Assembly (NCBI GenBank): GCA_964442075.1
Contig: CAYTWH010000008.1
Coordinates: forward strand, 1,828 to 65,827
From: an uncultured Bacteroidales bacterium
GTDB lineage: Bacteria; Bacteroidota; Bacteroidia; Bacteroidales; CAYTAU01
Direction: 5' to 3'
DNA length: 64,000 nt
Part shown: one piece after another, positions 38,636 to 49,406 of the stretch
Layout: each line of letters starts with the position of its first letter
Numbering within the stretch: position 1 is the stretch's first letter
Made by a program: the position numbers and the translations under genes
Notes under the pieces: model-generated
What the model saw: only the letters and a program-made list of their open reading frames with translations
Told to the model about the DNA's origin: nothing
Database searches by the model: none

Positions 38636-39385
38636 TTAAGCAAACAAATTATATTTAATAATACACCAAAAAGCTCTAAATCCGTCTATCATTTTTATTT
38701 TTTTACCTTCTTTATATGTTCTGCCATAGTATGAGATACCAACTTCGTATACTCTAATATTTTTTATTTTAGAAATTTTAGCAGTTACTTCAGGTTCAAA
38801 GCCAAATCGCTTTTCCTTTAGCTTTATATTTTTAATAATATCCGATCTAAAAAGTTTGTAGCATGTTTCCATATCCGTTAAATTAAGATTTGTAAACATA
38901 TTAGACATTTTTGTCAGTAATTTATTCCCAATTGAGTGCCAGTAAAAAAGTATTCTATGTGCTTCTCCTCCTGCAAACCTTGAGCCGTACACAACATCAG
39001 CAAAACCTTTAACAAATGGATTTAACAATATATTGTATTCCTCAGGATCGTATTCAAGATCTGCATCTTGTATAATAATTAGCTCGCCTGTTGCTTCTTT
39101 AATTCCTGTATGAATTGCAGCTCCTTTTCCCTGATTTTTTGATTGCTGAATCAAATTTATGTCATAATCGGGATTTTCTTTTTTAAAGTTTTTTACAAAA
39201 AAAGCAGTATCGTCAGTAGAAAAATCATCAACTATTATAATTTCTTTTTTAATATCATTTATCAATTTAACATTTAAAACAAGTTTTAATATCTCAACTA
39301 TTGTTGCTTCTTCATTAAACACAGGAATTATAATTGATAATTTTTTAAAATTTTCCAAAATCTTAATTTTTATTTGGTTTTGCAA
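38636..39385 (-). CDS. Family 2 glycosyltransferase (polyprenol-phosphate sugar synthase-like)
   Basis: It has LSIIIPVFNEE, VDDFSTDDT and the DXD region IIQDADLEYDP. Confidence 0.85.
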   Translation of the reverse strand: MQNQIKIKILENFKKLSIIIPVFNEEATIVEILKLVLNVKLINDIKKEIIIVDDFSTDDTAFFVKNFKKENPDYDINLIQQSKNQGKGAAIHTGIKEATGELIIIQDADLEYDPEEYNILLNPFVKGFADVVYGSRFAGGEAHRILFYWHSIGNKLLTKMSNMFTNLNLTDMETCYKLFRSDIIKNIKLKEKRFGFEPEVTAKISKIKNIRVYEVGISYYGRTYKEGKKIKMIDGFRAFWCIIKYNLFA

Positions 39386-40235
39386 TGCAAATCACACTTA
39401 AACCCATACTATTAAACAAAAGTTTATCAATGATTTTGAATAAAGGTACTAATTTATTATAAAATTTCATCTGATTTTCAGGAATTGTTTTTTTTCTTAA
39501 AATTTTACCGGAAATAAACCAGCCAATAATACCGATTGTGTTAAAATAAAAAGAACGAGTAATTGCAAAACCCTCTTTTATTAGCACATTTTTCAAACTC
39601 TTTTTTGTATACCTTCTAAAATGCTTAAGCTCTTTATCAAATTTACAATATAATGTTTTATATGCAGGCACCAGTGTTATTAGTACACCATTATGTTTTA
39701 ATAATTTTTTACAATTAGCAATTGCCTCTTGCTCATTTTCAATGTGCTCCATCACATTTAGAGAAAATACAGAATCAAATTTATTGAAATATTGAGAATA
39801 TTTTTTATCAAATTCTTTATCAACAATATCAAGCTGAATTACAGAATTCAAATTACTGTATTTATTAAAATTCGTTTCAAGATTTTGGCAATAATTATTT
39901 CTAATATCACTTAAAACAATTTTACTTCCATTTTCAAGAAAAAACAAAGAAATATTACCAATACCACTTCCAATTTCTAAAATTTCACCTTTTGTATAAG
40001 GCAATATGGTGTTAAACATCCAATAATTAAATTTATCGGCTTTTGATATAACATCAAGCGTTTTTTCTCCTCTAATATCTTCTTCCTGATATGTGAAATT
40101 CTTATAAATCAAAATAAAGCGTAAATTTATCAATAATAATAATGATAAATTTAAAAAATCAAATATAAACTTATTAATTTTGTTTGCCTTTAGAATAAGA
40201 AAAATATTGGTGTATTTAATTTTTTCAACAAGCAA
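39363..40235 (-). CDS. Class I SAM-dependent methyltransferase with hydrophobic N- and C-terminal segments
   Basis: It has SAM motif I, ILEIGSGIGN. The listed start is a TTG that shares base 40235 with the holA ATG, so the true start is uncertain. Confidence 0.7.
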   Translation of the reverse strand: MLVEKIKYTNIFLILKANKINKFIFDFLNLSLLLLINLRFILIYKNFTYQEEDIRGEKTLDVISKADKFNYWMFNTILPYTKGEILEIGSGIGNISLFFLENGSKIVLSDIRNNYCQNLETNFNKYSNLNSVIQLDIVDKEFDKKYSQYFNKFDSVFSLNVMEHIENEQEAIANCKKLLKHNGVLITLVPAYKTLYCKFDKELKHFRRYTKKSLKNVLIKEGFAITRSFYFNTIGIIGWFISGKILRKKTIPENQMKFYNKLVPLFKIIDKLLFNSMGLSVICIAKPNKN

Positions 40236-41242
40236 TGGATCATAACAGTATTATTAAAGACCTAGCAAATAAAATCTATAAACCTATTTATTTATTATCG
40301 GGTGAAGAACCGTACAATATTGATATTATTACCGATTATATTATAGAAAATATTCTTACAGAGTCAGAAAAAGGCTTTAATCAAAGTATAATTTATGCTA
40401 CAGAAGAAACAAAAGATTCTACAATTGTTGAAATGGCTTTAAGGTTTCCAATGATGGCAAATCATCAGGTAATTATTGTTAAAGAAGCTCAAAATTTGAA
40501 AAAACTTGAAAGTTTAGAAAAATATTCCAAAAATCCTTTAAAATCAACAATTCTCGTATTAAACTATAAGTATAAAAAAATTGATAAAAGAACAAAATTT
40601 TATAAAAACGTAAAAGACAATGGTGTTGTTTTTGAATCAAATAAACTGCGAGATTATGAGATTACAAAATGGATAGACGAATACTTGAAAAATAAAAATG
40701 TAAAAATTTCACCAAAAGCATCTTCTTTACTTGCCGAATACTTAGGGGCAGACTTAAGTAAATTAGTAAATGAAATTGAAAAATTGATAATTACATTACC
40801 AAAAGATGTATTTACTATTAATCCGGAACACATTGAAAAAAATATTGGAATTAGCAAGGATTTCAATAGTTTTGAGTTACAGAATGCCATTGGGATTAAA
40901 AACAAATTTAAAGCAAACAGAATAATTGATTATTTTATAAAAAATCCTAAAAACAATCCTGCAATAGTAACATTGGCAGTTCTATATCTTTACTTTGTAA
41001 AATTAATTCTTTTTCATCAGATAGAAAATAAGTCTGATAACAGGATTGTTGCAAGCATAATAAAAACTAATCCATACTTTGTTAAAGATTTTAAAATTGC
41101 AGCTCGTAATTATTCTCCCTCAAAACTTATTCAAATAATGTCCTTATTGCTCGACTACAACATGAAACTTGTTGGAGTTGGAAACAGCTCAACAGAAGGT
41201 GGTGAATTATTAAAGGAATTAGTTTTTAAAATCATGCATTGA
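40235..41242 (+). CDS. holA: DNA polymerase III subunit delta
   Basis: At 335 aa it has the N-terminus IYKPIYLLSGEEPYNIDII, and its overall pattern resembles HolA. Confidence 0.75.
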   Translation: MDHNSIIKDLANKIYKPIYLLSGEEPYNIDIITDYIIENILTESEKGFNQSIIYATEETKDSTIVEMALRFPMMANHQVIIVKEAQNLKKLESLEKYSKNPLKSTILVLNYKYKKIDKRTKFYKNVKDNGVVFESNKLRDYEITKWIDEYLKNKNVKISPKASSLLAEYLGADLSKLVNEIEKLIITLPKDVFTINPEHIEKNIGISKDFNSFELQNAIGIKNKFKANRIIDYFIKNPKNNPAIVTLAVLYLYFVKLILFHQIENKSDNRIVASIIKTNPYFVKDFKIAARNYSPSKLIQIMSLLLDYNMKLVGVGNSSTEGGELLKELVFKIMH

Positions 41243-41385
41243 TATTCATATTTTGTGTAAAAAACAAGCTATATTGCAATTTTCCAGCTTTATTTTTCAC
41301 ACAGTAATTGGCTGAAACACAGGCGCAATCCCTTATTGCCTAATAATCAATTATGTATTTATTTTTATTTTAAAAAAAAATTACA

Positions 41386-41393
41386 TAGTTTTG
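41386..41393 (+). promoter_or_regulatory. Candidate -7 promoter element (TAGTTTTG) for rimP-nusA-infB
   Basis: It matches TAnnTTTG 68 nt upstream of the rimP ATG. Confidence 0.35.
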
Positions 41394-41420
41394 CACGCTT
41401 AATAGTAGGGTTTGATTTTA

Positions 41421-41446
41421 AGGGGACAAAAGTCCCCTATTTTATT
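41421..41446 (+). terminator. Terminator-like hairpin in the rimP leader (or a distal holA terminator)
   Basis: AGGGGAC-AAAA-GTCCCCT is followed by ATTTTATT, 15 nt before the rimP start codon. Confidence 0.55.
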
Positions 41447-41460
41447 GAAATAATAATTTA

Positions 41461-41925
41461 ATGAATTTGCAGGAAGAAATATTAAAATTGGTTATTGACT
41501 TTAAAGAGCAAGATATTTTTATTGTTGATCTTACAATTAGTTCTGCTAAAAAAATAACATTACTAATTGATAGTGATAAAGGAATTGCAATAAAAGACTG
41601 TTCCAAAATAGGCAGGCATATTTTAAAAAGCTTTGAAGAAAAACTTGATGAATATGAGATTAATGTTTCTTCGCCGGGAATAGGGCAAGCATTTATGGTT
41701 GAGGAACAGTATTTTAAGAATGTGGGAAATGATGTTGAGTTATTATTAAATAATGGAGAAAAACAATTTGGGAAATTGATAGGATTTGAAAATAATATTA
41801 TAAAAATTGAAGAGAGTAAAAAGGTTCAAAATAAAAATAGCAAAAAAAAAGAAACAGTAATCAAGGCTATTGAATTTGATGAAAAAATTATAAAATCAAC
41901 AAAATTAGTTGTAAAGTTTAAATAG
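41461..41925 (+). CDS. rimP: Ribosome maturation factor RimP
   Basis: At 154 aa it has the ...EINVSSPGIGQAF motif. It lies immediately upstream of nusA, the canonical position. Confidence 0.85.
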   Translation: MNLQEEILKLVIDFKEQDIFIVDLTISSAKKITLLIDSDKGIAIKDCSKIGRHILKSFEEKLDEYEINVSSPGIGQAFMVEEQYFKNVGNDVELLLNNGEKQFGKLIGFENNIIKIEESKKVQNKNSKKKETVIKAIEFDEKIIKSTKLVVKFK

Positions 41926-41931
41926 AAAAAA

Positions 41932-43170
41932 ATGGAAAATTTAAATTTAATAGAAACTTTTTCTGAATTTAAAGAGTTGAAAAATATTGATCGTGCAACA
42001 ATGATGACAGTGTTGGAAGATGTATTTAGAAGTATTTTAGAAAGACGATATGGTACCGATGAGAATTTTGATATTATTATAAATATTGACAAGGGTGATT
42101 TTGAGATTTGGAGAAATCGTGAAGTTGTAGAAGATGATAAAATTGAGGATAAAAACCTACAAATTACTTTATCTGATGCCATTAAAATAGATGATGATTA
42201 TGAAGTAGGTGAGGATTTTACAGATGAGGTAAAACTTGCTGATTTTGGAAGAAGAGCAATTCTTTCATTAAGACAAAATTTAGCATCAAAAATACTTGAA
42301 CTTGAAAAAAATAATGTTTTTTCAAAATACAAAGACAAAATAGGAGATATTGTTACGGCAGAAGTATATCAGATATGGAAAAAAGAAATATTATTGTTAG
42401 ATGACGAGGGTAACGAACTTATTTTGCCAAAAACAGAACAAATACCTATTGATTTTTTCAGAAAAGGAGATACATTAAGAGCTGTTGTGATAAATGTTGA
42501 AATGAAAAACAATATCCCATTAATTACTTTATCACGCACCACTCCTCTTTTAATTGAGAGACTTTTTGAATTAGAAGTACCTGAAATATTTGATGGATTA
42601 ATTACAATTAAAAAAATTGTGAGAATTCCCGGCGAAAGAGCAAAAGTGGCTGTTGAATCTTATGATGAAAGAGTAGATCCTGTTGGAGCATGTGTTGGGA
42701 TGAAAGGCTCAAGGATTCATGGTATTGTAAGAGAGTTGAGAAACGAAAATATTGATGTAATAAATTATACAAACAATATGCATTTGTATATTACAAGATC
42801 ATTAAGCCCTGCAAAAGTTACTTCAATTAAATTTAATGAAGAAGAAATGAAAGCTGAGGTTTTTTTAGATCCAGATCAAGTTTCTCTGGCAATTGGAAAA
42901 GGTGGATTAAACATTAAATTAGCAAGTTTATTGTGCGGATATGAATTAGATGTTTATAGAGATATTGAAGAGAGTGACGAAGATGATGTAAATCTTGATG
43001 AATTTGTTGATGAAATTGAAGATTGGGTAATTGATGGATTAAAAGCAATTGGTTGTGATACAGCAAAAAGTGTTTTAGAATTATCCGTTGAAGAATTGGT
43101 GAAGCGTACCGATTTTGAAGAAGAAACAATAGAAAATGTTTTAAATGTTATTAAAGCTGAATTTGAATAA
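41932..43170 (+). CDS. nusA: Transcription termination/antitermination factor NusA
   Basis: It has an S1-like segment (GDIVTAEVYQIW...), KH-domain segments (VGACVGMKGSRI, AIGKGGLNIKLAS) and rimP-nusA-infB synteny. Confidence 0.95.
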   Translation: MENLNLIETFSEFKELKNIDRATMMTVLEDVFRSILERRYGTDENFDIIINIDKGDFEIWRNREVVEDDKIEDKNLQITLSDAIKIDDDYEVGEDFTDEVKLADFGRRAILSLRQNLASKILELEKNNVFSKYKDKIGDIVTAEVYQIWKKEILLLDDEGNELILPKTEQIPIDFFRKGDTLRAVVINVEMKNNIPLITLSRTTPLLIERLFELEVPEIFDGLITIKKIVRIPGERAKVAVESYDERVDPVGACVGMKGSRIHGIVRELRNENIDVINYTNNMHLYITRSLSPAKVTSIKFNEEEMKAEVFLDPDQVSLAIGKGGLNIKLASLLCGYELDVYRDIEESDEDDVNLDEFVDEIEDWVIDGLKAIGCDTAKSVLELSVEELVKRTDFEEETIENVLNVIKAEFE

Positions 43171-43225
43171 AGAATTATATATATATCAATTTAGATTAAT
43201 TATTCGATAAGATTTTAATCAGTAT

Positions 43226-46084
43226 ATGGCAAAAGAAGGCAAAGGAACAAGGCTAAGTAAAGCTGCAAAAGAATTTAATGTTGGAATTTCAACTATTATT
43301 GAATTCCTTAACAATAAGGGGATTGAAGTAGAATCTAATCCAAATACTAAAATTTCTTCAGAGGTATATGATATACTTTTCGGCGAATACAGTTCAGATA
43401 TTTCTATCAAAAAGAAATCAGAAGAATTGAGTCAAAAACTTCATCAGGAAAAACAAGAAAATATTTCATCTGACGACAATATTGATGAACAAGAAATTGA
43501 AGAGGAAGAAGACCAATTAATTATCAAAGACCTTAGCAGTTCTAATGTTTTATCAGAAACCCAAAAAGAAAAGCCAAAGGTCATTGGAAAAATAGATATT
43601 GACCCGGTTAAAAAACAAAAAACTGAGAAAGTAGAAGAAAGTCAAGAACAAAAAATTGAAGATGTTGAAGTCAAAGTTGAAGAAGAAAAAGAAGAAGTAA
43701 TTAAACCTGATACTTCAAAAAGTAAAGATGACGTTACTGTAGTTGGTAAAATTGACCTTGAGTCTATGAATCAAAAAACCAGACCTACAAAAAAAACCAA
43801 AGAAGAAAAAGAAACAGAACGACAAGCAAAGTTTAAAACTAAAAAAGTAGAAAAAAGTACAAGCAAAGAGAAATTGCAAACAGAAGAGATACGGGAAACA
43901 ATCATAGAAACAGCAGAAGAAGTAGGAAAAGTTATTAAAGCTGAAGCTGAAAAATTAACAGGACCAACTGTTGTCGGAAAAATTGAACTACCTCAAAAAC
44001 AAGAAAAGAAAAAAGAAGAAGAGAAAAAAACTCATAAACAAACAGAATATAATAAAAAGAGAAAACGTAAACGCATAAAAAAACCTGTAGCTGTTACTAA
44101 TGAAAAAGTAAAACAGGAAGATGACAAAAAGGGCAAGAAACAATTTACAAAAGGGAAGAAGAAACATTTCAGAAAAGAAGTTGATCAGGAAGATGTACAA
44201 AAGCATATAAAAGAAACTCTTGAAAAACTTACTTCAAAAAGTAAATCGAAAGGGGCAAAATACAGAAGAGAAAAACGTGATGCAGATAAAGAAAAAGTTA
44301 TAGCTGACGCAGAAAAGCAAGAAAAAGAAAAGAATATTTTAAAAGTTACAGAATTTGTTTCTGTAAGCGAGTTATCTACAATGATGAATGTACCGGCAAA
44401 CGAAATTATTGCTACTTGCATGAATTTAGGCTTATTTGTTTCTATTAATCAAAGGTTAGATGCCGAAACAATGTCATTAGTTGCAGATGAATTTGATTTT
44501 AAAGTAGAATTTGTAAGCATTGAAATTCTTGAAAATATAAAAACAGAAGAAGATAAACCTGAAGACCTTGTGCATCGTTCTCCAATTGTTACTATAATGG
44601 GGCATGTTGACCATGGTAAAACAAAACTACTTGACCATATTAGAAATACAAATGTAGTTGCAGGTGAAGCAGGCGGCATTACTCAACATATAGGAGCGTA
44701 TAGCGTTGAGGTAGATGGCGGTAAGAGAATAACCTTTCTCGATACTCCCGGTCATGAAGCATTTACTGCTATGAGAGCAAGGGGAGCGCAAATTACTGAT
44801 ATAGTTGTTGTTGTTATTGCTGCTGATGATGGCATTATGCCTCAAACTGTTGAAGCAATAAATCATGCATCTGCCGCAGGTGTACCAATAATTTTTGCTA
44901 TTAATAAAATAGATAAACCTGCTGCAAATCCGGAAAAGATAAAAGAAGAACTCAGTAAAATGAATTATTTGGTTGAAGACTGGGGTGGAAAATATCAATC
45001 GCAGGAAATATCGGCAAAAAAAGGTTTAAATATTGATGAATTATTAGAAAAAATTCTTTTAGAAGCTGAAATGCTTGAATTAACAGCAAATCCTAACAAG
45101 CAAGCTATTGGTACTATATTAGAATCTGAACTTGATAAAGGAAGAGGATATATTTCTACATTATTAGTTGAGGCGGGAACATTAAAAATTGGGAATTTTA
45201 TACTTGCCGGTAATTATACAGGACATGTCAAAGCATTATATAATGAACGAGAAACAAAAATTAAAGAAGCAGGACCTGCAACACCTGTACAAATATTAGG
45301 ATTGAATGGTGCACCGCAAGCCGGAGACAAGTTCAATATAATGGAAAGCCACAGTGAAGCCAAAGAAATTGCAAACAGGCGTATACATCTTGCCAGAGAA
45401 CAAGGTTTACGAACTCAAAAACATATTACATTAGATGAAATTGGAAGAAGAATTGCAATTGGTAACTTCCAAGAACTTAATATAATTATTAAAGGTGATG
45501 TTGATGGTTCTATTGAAGCACTTACCGATTCACTTATAAAACTTTCTACTGAAGAAATTCAAATAAATGTTATACACAAAGCAGTTGGACAAATTTCAGA
45601 ATCTGATGTTTTACTTGCATCTGCTTCTGATGCCATAATTGTTGGTTTCCAGGTTAGAGCTTCTATTGGCGCTAGAAAACTTGCCGAAAAAGAAGAAATA
45701 GATATCAGACTTTATTCAATTATATATGATGCTGTAAATGAACTTAAAGATGCCCTTGAAGGTATGCTTTCTCCAGGAATCAAAGAAGAAATTGTTTGTT
45801 CCGTAGAGGTGCGTGAGGTATTTAAAATCACAAAAGTAGGATCAATTGCTGGTTGTATGGTTCTTGATGGTAAAATAAGCCGTAATACTAAAGTTCGCGT
45901 TATAAGAGACGGCATTATTGTTTATACAGGTGTACTTGGCTCACTTAAGCGTTTTAAAGACGACGTAAAAGAAGTAGGAACAGGTTATGAATGTGGTCTT
46001 AATATTGAGAAATATAACGATATTAAAGTTGGAGATATAATAGAAGGCTACGAAGAAAAAGAATTTAAAAGAACTTTAAAGTAA
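43226..46084 (+). CDS. infB: Translation initiation factor IF-2
   Basis: It has a long K/E-rich N-terminal region. The GTPase motifs are [20 protein letters not shown] and NKIDK. Confidence 0.95.
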   Translation: MAKEGKGTRLSKAAKEFNVGISTIIEFLNNKGIEVESNPNTKISSEVYDILFGEYSSDISIKKKSEELSQKLHQEKQENISSDDNIDEQEIEEEEDQLIIKDLSSSNVLSETQKEKPKVIGKIDIDPVKKQKTEKVEESQEQKIEDVEVKVEEEKEEVIKPDTSKSKDDVTVVGKIDLESMNQKTRPTKKTKEEKETERQAKFKTKKVEKSTSKEKLQTEEIRETIIETAEEVGKVIKAEAEKLTGPTVVGKIELPQKQEKKKEEEKKTHKQTEYNKKRKRKRIKKPVAVTNEKVKQEDDKKGKKQFTKGKKKHFRKEVDQEDVQKHIKETLEKLTSKSKSKGAKYRREKRDADKEKVIADAEKQEKEKNILKVTEFVSVSELSTMMNVPANEIIATCMNLGLFVSINQRLDAETMSLVADEFDFKVEFVSIEILENIKTEEDKPEDLVHRSPIVTIMGHVDHGKTKLLDHIRNTNVVAGEAGGITQHIGAYSVEVDGGKRITFLDTPGHEAFTAMRARGAQITDIVVVVIAADDGIMPQTVEAINHASAAGVPIIFAINKIDKPAANPEKIKEELSKMNYLVEDWGGKYQSQEISAKKGLNIDELLEKILLEAEMLELTANPNKQAIGTILESELDKGRGYISTLLVEAGTLKIGNFILAGNYTGHVKALYNERETKIKEAGPATPVQILGLNGAPQAGDKFNIMESHSEAKEIANRRIHLAREQGLRTQKHITLDEIGRRIAIGNFQELNIIIKGDVDGSIEALTDSLIKLSTEEIQINVIHKAVGQISESDVLLASASDAIIVGFQVRASIGARKLAEKEEIDIRLYSIIYDAVNELKDALEGMLSPGIKEEIVCSVEVREVFKITKVGSIAGCMVLDGKISRNTKVRVIRDGIIVYTGVLGSLKRFKDDVKEVGTGYECGLNIEKYNDIKVGDIIEGYEEKEFKRTLK

Positions 46085-46190
46085 AAACAATCTGAGTTTA
46101 TTGGCTCCATTGTTGCTCATAGACAGCATTTTGTTAAATGCTAGTTCATTACAAGAATTTAATATTCAACATTGAATATTAAATTTATTA

Positions 46191-46994
46191 TTAAACAATT
46201 TTTCTAACTATCCAAATATCCTGAGGCAACCAATTGCTTTCTGGTTCTTTCTCCACATGCTCAAGAATTTCAACATTATCAAACAATTTTATCATAAATT
46301 CTTTTGGCTGAAACGCAGAATATGTTCTATGCCCCTCTTTCACTTGCCCTCTAACTATTAATTTTCCTGTTTCAAATCTGCTTTTTTCAATATCGGTGAA
46401 TTTAACATTGAAAATATTGCCTTGCGTTGTTAAAAATAATATTCCGTTTTTATTCAATATTCTGTGTAATTCTTTATACCAGTCGTAATGCATTTGTTCC
46501 GATAAATGTGTAAAAATTGATATACCGTATATTACATCAAAAAAATTATCGGGATAAGGCAGTTTTGCTTTTAGATCGTTCTTATTAAATTTAATTCCGG
46601 GCAAATTTTCTGCACACCATTTTATTGAATTTTCATTATAATCTGTACCATAAAACTCGCAGTTGTTACCAATTATTTTTGGCAAATGGCGTATTATTCT
46701 TCCTGGTCCACATCCCCAATCAAGAATTTTCAAGTTTTTTAGTTCCTTATACTTAGAAAAATACTCTTCTATCCATTTTGCTGTATCAATACCATCAGTA
46801 TAATATTTTTTGTAATTTACCTGAAACGATTCATACATTAAGTAATCTGATGGAAGAATAACATCAGTATTATTTTTTTTAAATTCTTTATTTATATACC
46901 TATTCGTTAATTTCTGATTATAATAGCGTAGCCGGTCAACTAAATGCATTAATCTTAAAGACCTTAATAAATTTGATATTTTTCCTTTTTGCAT
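46191..46994 (-). CDS. Class I SAM-dependent methyltransferase
   Basis: It has SAM motif I, ILDWGCGPGR, and the post-I/II pattern FDVIYGISIFTHL. Confidence 0.8.
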   Translation of the reverse strand: MQKGKISNLLRSLRLMHLVDRLRYYNQKLTNRYINKEFKKNNTDVILPSDYLMYESFQVNYKKYYTDGIDTAKWIEEYFSKYKELKNLKILDWGCGPGRIIRHLPKIIGNNCEFYGTDYNENSIKWCAENLPGIKFNKNDLKAKLPYPDNFFDVIYGISIFTHLSEQMHYDWYKELHRILNKNGILFLTTQGNIFNVKFTDIEKSRFETGKLIVRGQVKEGHRTYSAFQPKEFMIKLFDNVEILEHVEKEPESNWLPQDIWIVRKIV

Positions 46995-47045
46995 TTTGTA
47001 ATTTAAATATATTTATATAATGCTTACTGCAAAACAATCAGCATA

Positions 47046-49070
47046 TTAATCAATTTTTTGTTTGCCTTTCAACAAGTCTTGTAACACAATAATTTCATCT
47101 CTATAACGAGCAGCATCAATAAAGTTTAATTCTTTAGAAGCTCTTTTCATTGACCTTTCTGCTTTCTCAATAGCTTTTAGCAAAGCATCATTATTCATAT
47201 ACTGCACAACAGGGTCGGCAGCAATATTTACATTATTATTTTCAATGTACGCTTTACCTTGTTTTAGTTTATCAATAATTTTATCCATTACATTCTTAGA
47301 TGCTTTAATTATCTGACGAGGTGTAATATCGTTTTCCTGATTATACTTAAGTTGTTTCTCTCTACGGCGATTGGTTTCATCGATAGTAATTTGCATTGAA
47401 CGAGTAATTTTATCAGCATACATTATTACTTTTCCATTAATGTTTCTCGCAGCCCTTCCAGATGTTTGCGTTAATGAACGTGCATCTCTTAAAAAACCCT
47501 CTTTATCAGCATCTAATATAGCTACAAGCGATACTTCGGGCAAATCCAAACCCTCGCGAAGCAAGTTTATGCCTATTAGAACATCGAACATGCCTTTGCG
47601 CAACTGCTCCATAATTTCTACACGTTCAAGAGTATTGATATCGGAATGGATATATCGGCAACGAACATTTAATTTGGTAAAATATTTGGTCAACTCTTCT
47701 GCCATACGTTTTGTAAGAGTTGTTACCAAAACCCGCTCATCAATTTCTGCTCTTTTATTTACTTCTGCAAGCAAATCATCAATCTGGTTTATACTTGGCC
47801 TTACATCTATTTCAGGATCGAGCAAACCTGTGGGGCGAATTATCTGGTCAACAACTACTCCATCGCACTTTTGCATTTCGTAGTCGGCAGGTGTGGCGCT
47901 AACAAATATTGTTTGATTCATTATTGTCTCAAATTCATCAAAACGTAAAGGCCTGTTATCCATTGCGGCAGGCAAACGAAAACCATAATCTATCAGATTT
48001 TCTTTACGAGACCTGTCGCCACCATACATTGCCCTTACCTGTGGCATAGCAACATGGCTTTCATCAACAATAAAAAGATAATCTTTTGGAAAATAATCTA
48101 ACAAACAAAAAGGGCGAGCTCCTTTTTTTCTTCCGTCAAAATATCTTGAATAATTTTCAATACCCGAACAATGTCCAAGTTCTTTTATCATTTCAATATC
48201 AAAAGTTACACGGTCTTCAATCCTTTTAGCTTCCAAACTCTTACCTGCATCCTTAAAATACTCAATTTGTTTAAACAGATCATCTTGAATTTGCTTTATT
48301 GCAGAATTCATTCTGTGCTTTGAAGTTATAAAAATTGTTGCAGGAAATATTATAGCTTGCTGTACTACTTCAATAGTATTTCCGTTATGCGGATCAATAG
48401 TTGAAATTTCTTCAATTTCATCGCCCCAGAAAACCACCCTGAAAGCAATATCATCATATGCAAGGTAAATATCAACCGTATCGCCACGCACACGAAATTG
48501 CCCTCTTGCCAACTCCATTTCTGTTCTTGAATAAAGAGCATCAACTAAGTTTCTTAAAAATTGATTTCTACTAACTACCTCTCCTTGCTTTATCTTTATC
48601 AGATTTTCATGAAAATCATCAGGGTTTCCAATACCGTATATGCACGAAACAGATGAAATAACAATAATATCTTTTCTGCCAGAAAGCAAAGATGATGTTG
48701 TGCTTAATCGGAGTTTTTCAATTTCATCGTTGATAGAAAGATCTTTTTCTATGTAAGTACCCGTAACAGGCATATAGGCTTCCGGTTGATAATAATCATA
48801 ATACGAAACAAAATATTCTACTGCATTGTTAGGAAAAAATTGTTTAAACTCTCCGTAAAGCTGTGCTGCAAGAGTTTTATTATGACTCAATACCAATACG
48901 GGTTTTTGAACTTGCTGAATTACATTTGCAACGGTAAATGTTTTACCGGAACCTGTAACACCAAGCAGCGTCTGGAACTTATTACCATTGTTTACACCTT
49001 CTACAAGCTGCTGAATTGCTTCGGGTTGGTCACCTGTTGGTTTGTAATCCGATATTAGCTTAAAATCCAT
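47046..49070 (-). CDS. uvrB: Excinuclease ABC subunit B
   Basis: It has Walker A LGVTGSGKTFT, DESHV, the helicase motif QTSGRAARN and a C-terminal UVR domain (AARYRDEI). Confidence 0.95.
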   Translation of the reverse strand: MDFKLISDYKPTGDQPEAIQQLVEGVNNGNKFQTLLGVTGSGKTFTVANVIQQVQKPVLVLSHNKTLAAQLYGEFKQFFPNNAVEYFVSYYDYYQPEAYMPVTGTYIEKDLSINDEIEKLRLSTTSSLLSGRKDIIVISSVSCIYGIGNPDDFHENLIKIKQGEVVSRNQFLRNLVDALYSRTEMELARGQFRVRGDTVDIYLAYDDIAFRVVFWGDEIEEISTIDPHNGNTIEVVQQAIIFPATIFITSKHRMNSAIKQIQDDLFKQIEYFKDAGKSLEAKRIEDRVTFDIEMIKELGHCSGIENYSRYFDGRKKGARPFCLLDYFPKDYLFIVDESHVAMPQVRAMYGGDRSRKENLIDYGFRLPAAMDNRPLRFDEFETIMNQTIFVSATPADYEMQKCDGVVVDQIIRPTGLLDPEIDVRPSINQIDDLLAEVNKRAEIDERVLVTTLTKRMAEELTKYFTKLNVRCRYIHSDINTLERVEIMEQLRKGMFDVLIGINLLREGLDLPEVSLVAILDADKEGFLRDARSLTQTSGRAARNINGKVIMYADKITRSMQITIDETNRRREKQLKYNQENDITPRQIIKASKNVMDKIIDKLKQGKAYIENNNVNIAADPVVQYMNNDALLKAIEKAERSMKRASKELNFIDAARYRDEIIVLQDLLKGKQKID

Positions 49071-49163
49071 TAATCTTTATTAGAGTTTGTAAAATTAGTA
49101 AAAAGTTAAAGGGTCTTCTAATAAAAAAATGCTTTATATTTTTAATAAAAAGTTCTGCAAAAT

Positions 49164-49187
49164 AAAAAAAGCTCTGTTATACAGAGC
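49164..49187 (-). terminator. Rho-independent terminator downstream of tRNA-Pro
   Basis: The minus strand reads GCTCTGT-ATA-ACAGAGC followed by TTTTTTT, 17 nt past the tRNA 3' end. Confidence 0.65.
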
Positions 49188-49204
49188 CTTAAGACTGCAT
49201 TTTG

Positions 49205-49280
49205 TCGGAGTGAAAAGATTTGAACTTTCGACCCCTGGTCCCCCAGACCAGTACTCTAAACCATGCTGAGCTACACCCCG
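49205..49280 (-). tRNA. tRNA-Pro (anticodon GGG)
   Basis: The minus strand reads CGGGGTGTAGCTCAGCATGGTTTAGAGTACTGGTCTGGGGGACCAGGGGTCGAAAGTTCAAATCTTTTCACTCCGA. It has a 7-bp acceptor stem, an anticodon stem CTGGT/ACCAG with loop CTGGGGG, and a T-loop GTTCAAATC. No CCA is encoded. Confidence 0.9.
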
Positions 49281-49300
49281 ATCGTTTTAAAATTACTGTA

Positions 49301-49308
49301 CAAATTTA
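49301..49308 (-). promoter_or_regulatory. Candidate -7 promoter element (TAAATTTG) for tRNA-Pro
   Basis: The minus strand matches TAnnTTTG about 20 nt upstream of the tRNA 5' end. Confidence 0.4.
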
Positions 49309-49406
49309 CATAAAATTCTTAAATCATAATATAGGTAAAATAAAAAAGATTCACCTTATGTCATATCTCATTTTTTATAGTTAATTATTTTTAACAATTT
49401 TGCAAT

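Noticed and set aside
40233-40237. The divergent methyltransferase and holA genes appear to share base 40235 in their start codons.
   Set aside because: The minus-strand start is a TTG chosen as the first possible start in the ORF track. The real start is probably further inside the ORF, so the overlap is most likely an ORF-calling artefact rather than a regulatory arrangement.
43988-44998. Four antisense ORFs (72-123 aa) lie opposite infB.
   Set aside because: They sit opposite the K/E-rich low-complexity N-terminal region and the GTPase domain of a clearly real infB. Their translations are F/L/S-rich mirror-frame artefacts.
46161-46180. The palindrome AATATTCAA-CA-TTGAATATT between infB and the convergent methyltransferase could be a bidirectional terminator.
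   Set aside because: The stem is entirely A/T with a 2-nt loop. It is thermodynamically weak and expected by chance in DNA this AT-rich, so I did not call it as a feature.
47371-47902. Antisense ORFs of 170 aa and 60 aa lie within uvrB.
   Set aside because: uvrB is unambiguous on the opposite strand, and the antisense products have no motifs. They are typical shadow ORFs.
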